A stretch of DNA of 64,000 bases from Perna viridis (GCA_037379345.1 CM074515.1:22320001-22384000), one strand, 5' to 3'; counted from the stretch's first letter, positions 1 through 15,700 are shown. The notes: generated from the letters alone by a model not told the origin. Numbers and translations: made by a program.

Positions 1-161
1 ACTGCCATGAGACTGTGTAGGCGCTATGGTAACAACAGGAGGTGAATTAAGTGATGAATGAGATGTATACACTAATGGTGGGGGTCCTCTCTTTGGCGTT
101 GTTGATCTTGGACTCGTTGTTGAACTTCCTGGCTGTGAACCATGCTTTGGGGGTGTTTCTT
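1..161 (-). CDS. GSE1: GSE1 homologue, shared coding exon (truncated by window edge): EETPPKHGSQPGSSTTSPRSTTPKRGPPPLVYTSHSSLNSPPVVTIAPTQSHGS
   Basis: Acceptor tatttacAG at 163-162, phase 1 matching the donor at 666. TPKR...PPVVTIAPT matches the vertebrate GSE1 N-terminal region as I recall it (STPKR...TPPVVTIAPTK). Confidence 0.9.
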
Positions 162-666
162 CTGTAAATAAGAGTCATTCGTTTTAATACAATTGACACT
201 TTCCAACTCTTGATTCTTTATGTGTTTGTCAGTTTAGAGTTAGCTGCAAACCTAAACTTATAAATTCTAACTTACAATAACAATGTTGTGAGTGTAGTTT
301 GTATAAGATTGGCCAGTGTGGTAAAACAGTGAAAAATTTAGTTTCTGTGATTAATTTTGATTCTAATAGGACTAATTGCTTCATATTTTTGAAGACGCAG
401 TCTGTGTTGCACCAAATGGGGACTGTTATAGAGCAAAGTTCTGTTGTGACATCGGTTAAATCTACAATGTTGGAAGTAAGACAGTTGAACATCTATGAGG
501 TTTGTCATATGTTTATCCAAGTTTGACCACAGCTAAGCTCTTAAGACTTTTGAATCACATTAGATTGGTAGTTCATAATAGCTTGTTTTCATATACTTAA
601 ATACAGTTTTTATTTTCCACATAATTTCTGGGGGTTTCTGTCATGACCAATCAATCAGCTTCCTAC

Positions 667-876
667 CTGGGTCTTTTGCTTGATGAGCCAGTTTTCTAAG
701 AGCTGCTGCAAAGCTTGAGGTTCTGGTGGCATTCAGAGCAGCATTAGAACTAATTGAGGTCAAACCATTGCTTGGTGAGGTCTGGTTTAAAGGTGGCACT
801 GTGGCAGTATTCCTAGAAAGTTTGGAGGAACCTCCTAGCATGTTCAGTGGTGGAGGCTTGACATTCTGGCCTGATC
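667..876 (-). CDS. GSE1: GSE1 homologue, shared coding exon: GSGQNVKPPPLNMLGG...TSSFAAALRKLAHQAKDP
   Basis: Polypyrimidine acceptor tttttttctttcAG (878-877), donor G|GTAGGA (666), 210 nt, phase 1-1. Contains the GSE1 hallmark SSFAAALRKLAxQA. Confidence 0.92.
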
Positions 877-2364
877 CTGAAAGAAAAAAAATGAGCAAAT
901 TTTATTAGTTAAATCAACTAATGTAATATAACCTTCATTACACTAACTTTGAGTGCTGTATATTAAACCACAACTTCCCACAAAATCAGTACCTCACACA
1001 TAAAGATATGTATTAAACTACTATTGATGTAAATTTACAAGTACATGTATAAATGGTTATCGCAACTTAATCTCTCTTGTACATGTACAACAAAGTGCAT
1101 CTTGTTAATGGTTACTTCATACAACACATCCTGAAAAGGTCAAGTAGTTTACAAGTACCATGGATTTCCCATAGAAGTCTTAATCACTTTTCTAAGAGGA
1201 CAAGATTCTAGATTTGTTGATAGCTAGGAGTTTCCTTATTTGACAATCCACACCAACACTTAACTGTACTGATTACACAACTTACTGATTAAAGATTGGT
1301 TTATAAACAACAGCTTTGGTCATAGTGTCAATTACTTTTCATAGAAAACAATAATTCTTGTTTTTTTTTTTGTCCCACATCTTATCAAGAGTTCTGTTTG
1401 TCTGAACCTTCATGTAAATCAGAAGAAATAAATGAAGAGGTTACAGGAAGTCAGTATGTTTAGTCTACATCACTATTCATTTCATTATAATGAAAACTCT
1501 CTTGTCAATGCTTCCTTCTATGATTTCCCATCTTATCATTCATTGCTTAAGAATTAAGTGCAAATTATTGTAAGAATCAGGCAAAATAGGACAAATCAGG
1601 AACAAGTCAAAACCCCACCAATCTGACAATACAATTTCACTCATGGATGCTTCCTCTATTTGAAAAGACAAACATTTAATTTCTGTATCACTGGATTTGC
1701 ACAGAACTATTAGAAAAAAATCAGGTTTATGACAGATTTATCTGCTTTGAAATGTTTGTTTTCAGTGCATTTAAATGAAACTATAACTCAATTTACCAAA
1801 AAGATATGGAAGATCTTATCTTGATTCTGATGGTCCCATAGGTCAAATGGTGGTTTTTTCGTACCATGTTTCACCAACCGCCTGATTCTTACAGTGACTG
1901 ACACTTAGTTAAATTTGAAGGTTCATGAAAAATGTTGGTTTTTCTAGATCTATTTCTAAAATGCCTTTAATATTATCAGTATGTGTCACCATAAAAATAT
2001 CCACCCATATAATTTAAAATTCCATTATAATACACACTGCAAATTAAATGTATGTTCAACACAATGGAAAATTAAAACATTAAAATTTTAAAAAGATTAT
2101 AAAAACACCTAAATTGCTGTCATTGCACACGATCAAAAGTTTGAGCATTAAATTTTAAACTGGGATAAAATCCTGATGAGTTTAGCAACCTGACTGTGAC
2201 AGGGCTAATAAGGCTATCATTACTGCTGTCTTATTAATAATTCATAACACTATAAAAATTCATCAATATAAATCATGTCTAAAAAGTTGACTCAATGAAA
2301 GGATGGGTCCTTATCATAAACAATAAAACATAAATAATCAATAAAATGTCACCAATAATGCTTC

Positions 2365-2541
2365 TACAATGAAACCTATCTAAAGTGAACTCCTTTTGAA
2401 CTTTAAAATTGGCTCAGTTTAGACAGGTGCTTCATTAACAAAGGCTCAGAATATATTTAAAATGATATAAAAGAACTTTTTTAAAATATCTGGTTTAGAC
2501 AGGTCTCAAAAATTTTTCAATTCAAACAGGTTTTTCTGTAC
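2365..2541. mobile_element. TA-flanked MITE with GTTTAGACAGG subrepeats; related arrays at about 2995-3130 and 31480-31615
   Basis: TACAATGAAACCTATCTAAA...ACAGGTTTTTCTGTA ends; repeated GGTTTAGACAGG units. Confidence 0.5.
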
Positions 2542-3559
2542 TACACTATTTTCAAAAAAATAACTGTAGACAGCACTTCCAGAGCATACTTGAAATAGAT
2601 AGAACTATAGCAAATAGATAGGGTAAAAAAAAACATTCCATTGATTTTTATAAAAACTGGATGTTTTTAATAAAACTTAAACTTCTACAAGAAGTAGAGT
2701 TACCTGTCAGATCAAAATTAATTAAAAGCAAACCAAGAAGAAATCATTGTATTATTGATTGCTAATGACAATCTGTTCTATGCAGTAACTATACCCTAAT
2801 AGAATCAATTAACTAAAACTACAGGAAAACATGGATTAATGTTTCTTTATTTAGTGCTTTAATTCCCTACTGGTACTTCTTATTCATGAATTGCAAAAAA
2901 TTGTCATGGTATTAAAGAAAAATGCCAGGATGACATTTAAAATATGTGCACAATCAATGATGCATGAACTTAACACCTTTGAGACATAAGAATTTGTCCA
3001 GTTTAGACAGGTGTTCGGTTTATACAGGTTTAAATTGTATAGATATCTAAAAATAAGTTGTGTCATTTTGGTTAAGACAGGTTTCTGGTTTATTCAGGGT
3101 TGTTTCAGACAGATTTTACTATACAACAGGTGTAAAATTTTGATGTTTCAGTCAAAACTGTTGTAGAACAGTACACATTTGACACTATGACAGTGCATGG
3201 AATCTGCCCCTCAGACCTCTGTCTCTTGTATATGAATATAATATTTGACCTGTCTGGCCATATCTTTAAAAATAAATCAAAATATAGTTGTTTACATCCT
3301 TTTGCATATTTATAAAGATATAATGAAATTACATGAAATAGGGATATGGCAAGATTAAAATTTTGAAAATAGACCATTTCCCAGTGACAGGCCGAGTTGC
3401 AATAGATCGTTCTTCGAATCCTTTGTTAATATTTCTGATTTTTAAAAGACATTTTCCTCTTATATTGTATATTAATACGGAACTTGATTCCCTCTCATTC
3501 CAATCTATGGACAATAACTAAAGAGCTTCTTCCAATATAGCTGTCATTATACAACATAA

Positions 3560-3746
3560 TGTGAAAGCATCATTCTTCGTGGTATTCTAATTTTTGGGCT
3601 TGACAAACCACAGATATGTATTCCAGAATAAAAAAAATTGGAAATTTTCCATTTGTTTGTATCCTGTAGTTGACAACTCCACAAATTCCCAAATTTACAA
3701 TCTGACATTTCTTCCCTAAAATACAAATAAAAGTACTTTCACAATA
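3560..3746. mobile_element. MITE family C, degenerate
   Basis: TGTGAAAGCAT...AGTACTTTCACAATA ends. Confidence 0.5.
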
Positions 3747-6700
3747 TACTTAGTGGCATATTTGTTTGATAATTGTATTTTGAGTAGATTTGGTTGGTGC
3801 TTTCAAAGTGGATACAATATCAATACACAGTTTATGAGTATCTCTGGAAAAGAAACTCTATGTAGAGGTTCAATACTAAAATTAAGATTAGCTCAGGGGA
3901 GGAAACTTATAAGTTAAACACAGAGCTCAGATTTTGGGGAAACTCTATAAGTAATATTATTCAGGGGAGAAAACTCCTCATGTAAGCATGACAGGTTAGA
4001 ACAAAATAGATCAAATGAAAAAATAATCAAATACTAGGTGCAAACTGAACTTCTTAACATTGAAGCTTTAACCTTAAGGCACTTCAGTTTTTTTTTCTTT
4101 TTCCAATTTAATCAACAGCTGTTGCCTGAAAAGTACATCTACAGAGTACTCATTAGTAAACCTGTTTATGTTGTTTTATATCATAACATGCTGCAAACAT
4201 CATTTTAACGATTTTCACAGAACTTCACCACTTATATCATACACCTACCACTTCTAATCTTTCATAATCTACTACTACATCTCAAGGCAAAGTGCACCAG
4301 ATATAATCAAACGTTTCTTGTTATATGAAATACATGTATTAAAATCTTTTTTAATTATTTTTTATTAAATTATATTTGTGTTTTCCTTCAATATTCTGAA
4401 GATCAGAGTTTTTCTTCATTTACAATCACATTTTGTAAGTATGTTGGATTGGGTCCACAACCAATGTGTCCACATGAACAATTTGGCCCATGGCAAGGTT
4501 ACAAATAATTTGATCTTCCTATGAACACCTGTATTGGCAGTGTGTAGTGGCATCCCTTACATCTCCCTGGAAATCCTAAATACAACACTAGTATCATATT
4601 CAAGTTTACAGTCTAATCAATAATCAGAAGATTTGTGGAAGGAAACTGTTGTATTTTTAAAGACAGAACAAACATGTTATGCACTAACAAAAAGAAACTG
4701 ACATGTTTTATACCTGAAAAGCATTAAATCTTTAAGAGGTTTAGAAAAATAAGTGACGACTTTTAAAATAGCAAGTAATCAAACTTACAAAATGTCAGAA
4801 ACATCATTCCATGACATGCATCTAAAAACAGGGGAAAACGCTACTCACTGAATGAGAACATTATCTTTTCCTCCAAGGAGAAATTATTACTTGTTATTGA
4901 ACAGAAACTGAAACAAGCTTCATTTAAATCTCTTCCATATCAGTGTTGTGTTATAAAATGAATGCTCCCAAATGAATCTCACATGCTTAGGGAGATTATA
5001 TTACTGGCACAAGTCAGGGAGGCTGTTACTTCAGGTTCATGGAAAACTTATCACTTTAACGCAGGCTGCACATAATACCTGTGGTTACATAACTTGATCT
5101 CAACTCAATTTCAATCAAGGAAAGTGTTTATCAACAAAATATAATTAATCACAGACCATGCTGTATTCCTGGGGTTCAGAACAGGTGCTTTTAATAACTG
5201 TGGATAAAATTACACAATGAATATCATCTTACTGTCAAATATCAAGGTCACTCAGGTCAATGTATGTTATTATTTTCTACATAATCTATACCAGATTAAA
5301 AATCTTCCAACCTAAGTTTTGGCAATCAATTACTATTTTAATAAGATGAATAAAACATAATATTGACACCTGAAATCTGCCCTAATATAGAGAAAAGCCA
5401 ACAAATAAAGAGTCACAAAAACCAATTTAAAAAGCACATGTTCTTTATTCATTTTTAATGGAATTTTTTTCGGAGTAATGAACATTGACCTTGCTAACAG
5501 AAAATGTTGGCAACCTTCTTTCCATCAAGTCAATTCATGGGAAATTGAGAAATAATTAAACATATGCAAAAAGAAAACAAAAGAAAAATATAAGAACAAT
5601 CAACGGAAATGCAAAAATTCATCACAATGGGGGAATATCTCCTTTATAAGACAATGTCAATAGTCTTGTCTTTACATTACAGATGAAAGCATGTGCAATC
5701 ATATCTTTAAAGCCCTGCATAAAACCAGAGAGTAAACACAATGAAGTAGACAGCAAATACATGACAGAAAAGAAGAGCTTTTTACCAGAAAAGACAGTTT
5801 CGGTCATTAAAAACAAGAATAAAATCAATTCACTGACTCCATGTTGTGTTTATTTATCAGTGGCATGTACCATTGAATCCAATATCTCAACAAGAAGTTA
5901 TCCAACTAACTTTACACCTAAGAGGTTCCTCTACAGTTAACTGTTATTTCATCATTATTTTCATGGTTACTAGAAATGTGAATAAATAAGACACATTTTT
6001 AAAAAAAAATTGACTCACAAGCTAAGAATTTAAGTAGCTTTTGATTTTTTTCCCTCGGACCACATGTGCTAAGATGAATGAACCCATTGTATACTACACC
6101 TTCAGAGACTCCATAACAGTCAACACTCCCTAAGTGACCCCACTAAAGAAACCTTATGCATGTTCTATCACTTCCTACTGCTACCAACTAAAATTCCAAT
6201 TATGGATCCTTTTGTTGGCTAACAAATTGACAAAGCAGTCTAATATTTGATTTCCAGGCATGATACATTAATCACAAGTCAGTGGTTCACTGGAGATAAC
6301 TGGGGATAAATTAGGCTATAATCAGTGAGCTCTTTATTGGAGAAAAATTGATTTTATATTGTAAGGTTTCAAGTAATCTTAGAGGAGCCATGTAATAACC
6401 TGATAAACCAGTCTTTTTTGTGAACTGTTGATTAAATTTGATGGAAAACAGAAGCATTTATAATTAAATTGGCAATAGTGGTGCTTCTTATCTCTTCAGT
6501 AATTAGACGCATCATTTTTAAGCACAATTTACTGATACAGACAAACCATGTTTTCATATCATGTGCAATTGCATGTCATAACTAATAATGTAATGTTTAT
6601 CAATAACCTATCTGAAATATCTGCAGCCATCACTCAGCCAATAGGTACAAATGATGCAGCATGCAGCTTAATAGGTCATTACCCACTGCAATAAGGAGGT

Positions 6701-9700
6701 TTGAAATTTCTACCACTTAGTAAAATAGAGGAATTTATTGCTAATCACAGACACCCCTGCATTCTACATTTTGAAAAAAAAACTGAACACACTTATTTTC
6801 TTAAAACCTATCAACAGAAAATGCAAAAAACACCATAACTGAATGTAGAAGTTTTGTGGTAAGTTTAACCAGAAAATCTCTGAGTGTTTAAGAATACTCC
6901 CTACCCAACAGACCATATGGTCAAAATATAAACAGAATGTCATTTCAGTCTAAAATCAAATTCCACCATGTGGCAAACTTACATGTATAAAAAGCATTTG
7001 TTAAAATATCAAATGGCTGTGATAGGTAGTAGCAGAGAAAAATCACAAAAAAAAATGTGGACATACACAGAGACCAAACCTAAGAATGAACTGACGGACA
7101 GACACCATGGCCACTATATACCTCCCGAAAAGCCTGGGGTGTAACAAAAAATATGCTAGGTGGTGCCAACAGTGAAATGGATTGACGAACTGATAAAAAG
7201 GAAGTTATAATAATATATTTGTACAGTTGCATGTCCTCGTCAACTACTAACCCCTAGAAAGCTGTTAATTAATGCTCTTATACAGCTATTACTACCTGCT
7301 ACACTGCATAATATTCCTTCAAAAAGAGCTGTTTGAGAACAAAAGCATCCACTAAAATGTACAGGTTAAAAAGAAAGTATAAGAAATATGCTGGGACAAT
7401 AGTATACTTGAAAGTGATTAGCTGTGCGGATGCAGATGTCTTCAGAATTATGGCATTATAAAAATCCTCAGAACAGATCCAATAAATATATTTCTTCTGA
7501 CATAGGAGCATCTCCAGTTGCACAACTGTCACTTGAAATAATTCATCAAAAATACATACATGCATACTATTGTATTTTTATGGAGGAAGCTGTATTAATA
7601 TCACTCAATCTCATAGACTCTCACAGATTACATAACTCAACAAGTAGGTCAGGGGTAAATTTTCCCCTAATTACATTTGACACGACCCCCATCATACAAA
7701 TGAATTCTAATGAGTATATATCCCATCAAAAAGTGTGAATCATTCCCATAATAATGTGTCATTTTTTAACTAATAACACAATTATAAACCATCTGCTCAA
7801 CTCAATAACCATGAAATGAATGTCTAACTTGGTTAAAATTGCCAATTATTTCAAATTATACCATAAAATGTTTAGATTTTCCACAAGATGTTTGTGTTTT
7901 TGTCTTAATTTCTGCTGGTCCATTTGTGGTCTATATTTGGTCTAGTGGATTAAAGTGATATAATTCTTAATTTACTGATCAATGCTATGATTCTTCACAA
8001 GAAATAAATGCATCTCTTTTTCTTGGTTTGATGTCTTATCAACATCAAAATGGATCTACATAGAATTATGTCTGCTATATTTGATTAATTTAGAGATTTT
8101 TCACAAGATGTTTGGTATTTTCCTCAGTTTTGGAAGGACTGTTTGTCATCATTCTGTACCACAATAGATCTGAATCAATTCATTTCTATGATACAAATCT
8201 CCTCAACTTCAAAGCAATTATTCAATTAATGTCCCATTTTGCCCCATTTGGAACAGCACCATGTCCAATAATGTGAGAATAATATTGGTTAATGTAATTG
8301 ATGTCTGAGGAAACATGTTGAAGATACTATCATAATGTTCATTTTCAATCTGAGAGGGACTACTGTTGACACACTTCATTGTTTCCATAATGAATAGAAA
8401 AAAACCACAATCACACATGATCAGTCCAATGACCTGTATCAGTTGGTGGATCAAGGAAGATGGTCTAAAATTTAGTTCATTATAGAAAACCACCACCACT
8501 GATCCTTAACAATCTGCCATATAGTTACCACAACTTCATAGCATTGGAAATTCTTCTACTTGAAAAAAAATGCAAGCAAAAAGAAGTGAGTTCCCTATGA
8601 AAAAAATTGACAAATAAGGAACTACATCTTTTAATTGGAAATAAATTTATAATAGATATTAAATCAACTAGAAAACCATAAAAATTCTACATCAACTGAA
8701 TACTACAAAATAAAAAATCAATAACTAAATAAGCTACCACGGTTTTTGCTTTGATGTTACCTTTTTTCTAAACTACATATGCGGTAGCAGCATTGTAAGC
8801 ATCAATGCAGCAGCTTGCAACCAAGATACAATAACTGTTGAATAGATAAAATTCCCTTATTCAGTCACGATATATATACCTTACCTTTCTATCAAACAGT
8901 CAAATCAAGTATCAAAACAAGATCCTCTCACAAATACATCACACAATAATGACCAAATATTATGCTAAAACCTTTTAACCAAACACAAATTTGTCTTCAT
9001 TGAAGAGCTTTTAAAGCAGTCATCATAGCAAGTAATTTGTGAATTTGCCTTTAACAGGATAAAATTAACCAGCTTACCCCTTTAGTAAACAAATGCTTCA
9101 TCAATATTGGTAAAAGCCGTCACCATAACCCTTGTACATGGTCACTAGTGTGATACAGCTCTATATCTTCTATTGACAATGAAATAAATCTATGTCCAAT
9201 AATCATACAGCTAAACCTAATAACAATGTTGTAATATTTACAAAGAGTCCTATAGAATTTGTTAAGTATCAGTGTTCTGCCTCGGGTTGTAAAGATCGGA
9301 TCAACGGGAAAATGAATAACCCAAGCCAAACAATGATAAAACCAGGTGAATCTTACACCATGTTTATTGACAAAAGTATTCAAAACCTGATTTAGGTAAA
9401 ATTATACACTTAAGGTACAGTTTTAAAATCCATAATCGGTTATGAGATGTTGAGAAGTTATTGTATTGTATTCAAGGGAAAACACAAAGTAGACAAAGAC
9501 TTATGTTTATTTCAATGCACATTCTTCCTTCAAAGATGGATTTTTGATCCCCTTATGATAGAAATCTTAACTTTTTTTCACTCAGATGCAGTTAAAACAT
9601 GAAAACTGCAGCGATAAAAATCTTGTAAAAAAATAACCTTCAATTCATGTAATTTGCTTAAATACTTGGCTGTCTTGTAATCATGCAAACAGCTAGGATT

Positions 9701-10224
9701 TTATCAAGCAAAATAAAAATATCATTTTGATAATTCAAAATAATACAGGGTGTCTAAGAATCTTAATCAATGCAAATTAAAGTCAGATTTAACAGATTAA
9801 AAGATACAAGACTCCACCTTGTAAACATGCAGTGCATGTGCAATACAGACTGCAAATTTTTCAAGATATGATATACATCCTGCAAATAGTGCATTTTGTT
9901 ATTCAAATAATCAAAAAGATAGTGCACTTTTTCAACAACAAGAACCTGTGTATTTCTTATTAAAGAATTCGTAAAGCCATCAAAAAATGAATTGTAGATC
10001 AGAGATCAAGTCAAAATGGAAATATCAAGCTTATAAAGCAAACCCTGGCAGCTGAAAAATGAACAATTGTAGAGTCTTTCAGAGTTTACTGATAATAACA
10101 TAGAAACTGACAAAAGATGGTAATAGTCTGGTCTGACATTATAGATACAGAAAGTTGATTGTCAGAAATTGACATGAAAGATCATAAGTCCAATTAAGAC
10201 CAAGTATGTTCTAGCTCCTACTGA

Positions 10225-10290
10225 CAAAAAAAAAAAAAATACAAAAAAATACAAAAAATACAAAAACAAAAAAACAAAAACAAAAAAACA
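10225..10290. repeat. A-rich simple repeat (poly-A / CAAAAAA(T)A units)
   Basis: Directly visible. Confidence 0.85.
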
Positions 10291-11686
10291 GGGGCAAATA
10301 CACCCATATGACAAAAATACAGAGGTAATTTGTGACACAGTATAAAGAAACAGTGGTGGATTCTGGAAAGAGGGGACCCACTGACTGACCTAAGATGGGA
10401 CCCACTGACTAGCCTAAGAGGGTTTCCTCCAGTGATTTTCTATATAATAAACTAATGTTTTTTAGTGCAAGTGCTATCCCCCCTCCCTTACAAAATATAT
10501 ATATATTTATTATCTCTGAAAGTATTTAATATTTTGAATTTAGGTTAAACCCTAGAACTTTTGTAGCATTTTACCAGATCCATTTAAGAGGTATCCAAAA
10601 TCATTTTCAACTACCAGTGTTATGGACTTATTATTTTCAATAAGAACTTCTACAAGATTACCAAATCTAAAGCCTTTTGCAACTTTATAAGTTCCAATCT
10701 TGTGTACAGAACTTATGGAATGTATGGACAGATGAACAGAAGTGTCATACCAACATGTAACTATACAGACTGCAAAAGTAGAGAAGTTAACACTGAGTAT
10801 AGAAAGACAAAAAGTTCCAAACAAATGTTTCAGAGGAAAGAAAAGTATGCATGGGATGACTGTCACACATCACCAAGAAGATAATATGACATAACACATA
10901 GTAATTTTTTACTTTAGCCATGTAATAAACAATATAAGCTCATCAAATTTGAAACTCTTTATGTTTCAGTGAGAAATCAACCTATATAAAAATCATCAAT
11001 TTAAAGTATAATTAAAACCATGTGTTTTATTACATTATTATTATTCACAACCATGTTTGAAGATAATCTATTTTGAATGAGAAATAAGACCTCTGAGCAG
11101 TATATCATTGATCCACAACAATCATAATACACAATCTTGATGTAAACCCCGAAGTCCTAAATAACAAGATCGTACAAGATGTTTTTTAAAGTTTAATATG
11201 TTGACATAGATGGTAATAAATCTACTAGTATTATACTTACTGTAAACGATAAACAATACCCACTGATAGTATATCAAGTCCTAATCAATAAGCCTGTATC
11301 GACCTATGCCGACCCCTACTACAACTTGTCATTAAAGCATTTACAATTCATGGCAGAATAAAGATTTTAACTGGTATGATGTATAATATCTATTTAATAG
11401 GAGCAGGCATCTAATAGGTCAACATGAAACTTAGAAACAATAGCTTGCTTTCAGTTTGGTTTACAGTATATTTTTCTTGTATCTTTAGAAATTTATACAA
11501 CATTTGTATTAGCAAGAATCAAAGAAATCTTTTCTACAATCTTTGCACCAATAGATTTTACAACATATGGTATTTTAATTTATTTTCATATGAATATCAG
11601 AGTGACACCATTACAAGATTAAAATATATCCACAAATCACCTGATAATTGTGAAACAAAATCTAATAAGGACTCCAGGCAGACAAC

Positions 11687-11896
11687 TACTGTGAAAGTAC
11701 TTTAATTCATGGATACCGATCTACATGGATTAGTGAAGAAACACACTTTCGCGGATTCTTGAAATCGTGGTTATTGGGTTTTCAGTTTACACATCAATGG
11801 GATTCTTCTTTCTGTTGTAACTTAATTTTTCGCTGTTTTGCCTACCCATGCAAACCATGAAAATGGGTACCCAAAAATAATAGTACTTTCATAGTA
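11687..11896. mobile_element. TA-flanked Tc1/mariner-type MITE (family C)
   Basis: TACTGTGAAAGTACT...AGTACTTTCATAGTA inverted ends; related copies at about 3560-3746 and 32128-32329. Confidence 0.65.
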
Positions 11897-12668
11897 GGTA
11901 GCTCTTTGTGATGCTCTACAATTTATTTTGGTTTGTGTACACATATTGCACTATGCTATAGTTCTTCAGGGAAGAAGTCCAAAGAGCTGTGCCATTACAC
12001 TGCAATTTTCAACTCTACCTATCAAGTTCCATATCAGTTGCATTACACATACTTTTTTTAATACTAAGTTTTCTTCTTTTTCACATCCACATCCAAAGCA
12101 TAATAATGTTGTTTGTCATGTATTATCTACATTAAAGCACCAATAAACTTTGTTTCAAGACAACAATCTATCTTTTTGCCTAGTTCTAATGCAGTACCAG
12201 TAGATCCAAATCCCACAATGTATTACACCTCAACAGAAAATTCTGTAGAAAGGACAACTGCTTGAATTCAAAGTACCTGCTATGTCTAAACATATATATA
12301 GACACCAAGCTTCTCAGGGACACTTGTCTATATATTTTTCATTTTAATTGAATATTAATTTCAAGTTAAATGACCCTTCCACAAGATATTTGAAAGAACG
12401 AATTAACTTACTGATCAAATAACAGTTAAAAGGAAACTAAATTGTTCAAATTTTATCCCTAGTTGGATTATGTAGTCTGACTAGGAGGCAAAATGGAACG
12501 ATCAATATGTATGATCATGTGGTATAAACACTTAAAAACCTATAATTTCAATTTCTTCATAGAACATGATCTTGGATGAGATTAACTGTAATTTGTAGTG
12601 ACATACAACAGTAGTTTAGAGAACCTAACAAGTAAATATATTTTATTGTGATTTATGTTTTATGGTCA

Positions 12669-12748
12669 GAGTCCAATTTACTTATCTCTCGTTCATTACT
12701 CAAGTACTGAGTCCAATTAACTTATCTCTCGTTCATTACTCGAGTACT
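12669..12748. repeat. 40-bp tandem duplication (2 copies)
   Basis: GAGTCCAATT.ACTTATCTCTCGTTCATTACTC.AGTACT occurs twice, 40 bp apart. Confidence 0.85.
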
Positions 12749-15700
12749 AGGTATTTATTTCATGCTGTGTATGTTTTGTCCTGTAACATTTATCATCTAG
12801 ACTTTTTTTACCTTTTTTTTAGGATGATGTTATTATCTCCCTTATTAAACTAACACTTATTTTTACAAAGAATTATCCAGTTCAGACTAAGGGAGTAACC
12901 CCTACTTAAAAGTTTATATTTGTCACTTTTAAGAAATGAAATAAGAAAATCTGCAATTAACTGAAAAAATCAAATAATTGACAATTCATTAGTATACTTA
13001 CTATACATAGGAATAGACCCATCCATCATAAAATGATTTTGCCAAGGTGACCACATTATTCTGTATTTTTAATCAGCATCCAAAGGAAAATGTCACTTAC
13101 AAAACTAGTATGATCTCTATCCAGGAAGACAACAGTATTGTGAAAACATAAAACCCTGATACAAGTACCGGTAACACTTAACCTCACTCTCGTTAGAAAT
13201 GTTCAGTTCCGCAAAAATAGTTTGTCATTTGTCTAATAGCGGAAATTTTTCACATAAAGCGTTAACTGTCCGTTAGTTTAATCAACAGTCAAAGTCTAAC
13301 TTTCTACCACCCACGAGTGCATACTCAAGAATATGAAAATGATCCCAAGTGGCGTGTTCACAGTCCTAATATGAAACCGATAAGTGTTAAATCATTGTCA
13401 AATTGCATAATTCCTTTGTAAATATTTTTTGCCTTAAAAATGCATTAAACAGACATTGATTATCTTTTTTCAGAGAGGAGTTTGACCTCTGACCTAATCA
13501 TTGCATATTAAATTCTTGTTTGCCCATCAATGAAAGCTGTTAAATGAATTTATCTTCCCAACTTATACCTTCTTCACAGGTACATAAGGTAACTTAGGTA
13601 TGAGAAAAGATATTGGTTTTTCCGACCTGCTATGTAATCGCTAAATATTAATACCAGAGTTCAAACAATTCCAAATTTTTTGTTGTTACAGAAAAAAGAA
13701 TAGCCATCAAATATTCAATGCCTTGCAGTGATTTTCTCATTTACAACAAAATTTACTTTTCACTCATGGTTACCTGTCAATTTGAACAGCAGTTTGAATA
13801 TTTGATTAGAGATAAATTATCTGTTTTCTAAACTCACCTTGTGAAGTTGGTAGTAACAATTATACTGGGCTGCTAAATGACATTTGATATTTCATTAAAG
13901 GATTAATATGTTCACATTAAGAAGTGATGTATTTTCAATAACTGAATCATCTCTTGAACAGAAATGGAGTTGTCTTTCATTGTTAGCACTTGTAGAATAC
14001 ATGTACTACAATAAAACTTCTATTCTAACAGGAAAAATTCCAGTTTTTCTGAAAATGTCATTATGGACTACATTGGCTGAAAAAGTGAACTTCTCAATAG
14101 CATATTGTAGATATGATGAGGGACACTGATCATCATGCTCCAAAGCCTGGGTATTATACAGTAACTTAATTACCCAGCTTATATCATAAATAGTAAAAGT
14201 CCTTGAACAAAGTCTTTTTACATGACATACATCAATCTATATTGTTACACAGTATTAAGAGAAACATTCAGCTGCATGACTGCACAATATGTTCACATAA
14301 CAAGCTGTTATAGATTTTCTGATGTACATCTGATGTGAGGTACAATGCTTTATGTCAAATAAATATTTCAGTCACAGATGCAAAGTGGACAAGGGCTGGG
14401 AATATGCCCCAGATATTGTAAGAATTTTTTTATAACTCATTCCCCATTTGATGTTCATATCCTGGATTTGAACATGAGTAAAATATCTTGTACAATTATG
14501 CCTCAGTTCACCGAATTCTCCGTGTCAGTTTGAAAATCATTTTCCTTCAAGATGGATTAATAAAACAGAAAAACAATCAAACCATAAGTGTCCAAATATG
14601 ATAAAATATCCCAAATGTACTATTTTTGGTAACGGTAACCTTCAACTTAACCTTGTAATTCGTCAAAATCAATTTTCTAACAATCCTTCACAATCAACAG
14701 TGCAATGTGAACCAGCTACATGTAATGACTGCTAAGTATCTACATTTACATGTTAAACAGACAGATAAGACCTTATAATATATTTTTGACCTTTCAGAGT
14801 CGATAATTTTAAATGATTGCGATTATGACAAAAGATTGCACCATGATAAAGAGAATTTAAGACCATCTATCACAGCACTTTGCACAAGTAATCTACATGT
14901 TTACACAATTTATTTTATTTCCTCTTATGAATTTTATGTAAATATAGTTATATCATTCATCATCACAACTTATATTTTAGCTTGGTAGGTGCAACATGAG
15001 AACTAAGCCAATACCTATAAAATACTTATAAAAAGGGAATTATATATTTATATATATACAAAGCAGGTTGCAAGGTACCTTAAATAATACAAAAAAAATC
15101 TTCACAACTGAGGAAAAAAGAAATTTGAAGTAAAAAGGCAAAGACGTCGCTATCAACAGATAATTTGAAATTTAAATTAAATTACAATAATTACAATAGT
15201 CAATTTACTGTGTACATTTTTTAAGCATTGAGAGAAACTTTTCTTCCTTATTAATCCTGGATTCTATTTTCATACAGATTATTGGTCTTTGCAGTTTTGT
15301 TATTTACTATTCTAATCATAACATACATATTTTTACTTATGTTCAATAATATGCCAAGAAAAAGAAACATGTAACAAGAAAATGATCAGGAATATCTACA
15401 TATTAGGTTAAAAGAAAGGTTAATCCCTTCTTTTTTAAAATAGCAACCTATGAAAGGAAGTCTATCCTACAGGAAGTCACTAAGAGTGTGTTTCTATTTT
15501 TAGTAACAGAAATGCAGCATGTTTCATGTAATATGCAGAATCTAAATCAGCAAGACATTGTTTAAAGATTAATCAAATTTACATCAAAAATAAGTTTTCT
15601 GTAGAAGATCAAACACTCTTAGACTTGGCAACAGATGGCGTATGTGCTTCTGGGTTAAAGGTCGTGCAAATTAAAACTGCTAAGTGATGCATTTTCCTGC

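Noticed and set aside
2173-2200. CTGATGAG hammerhead core (also on the minus strand near 36068-36075)
   Set aside because: No stem II followed by GAAA.
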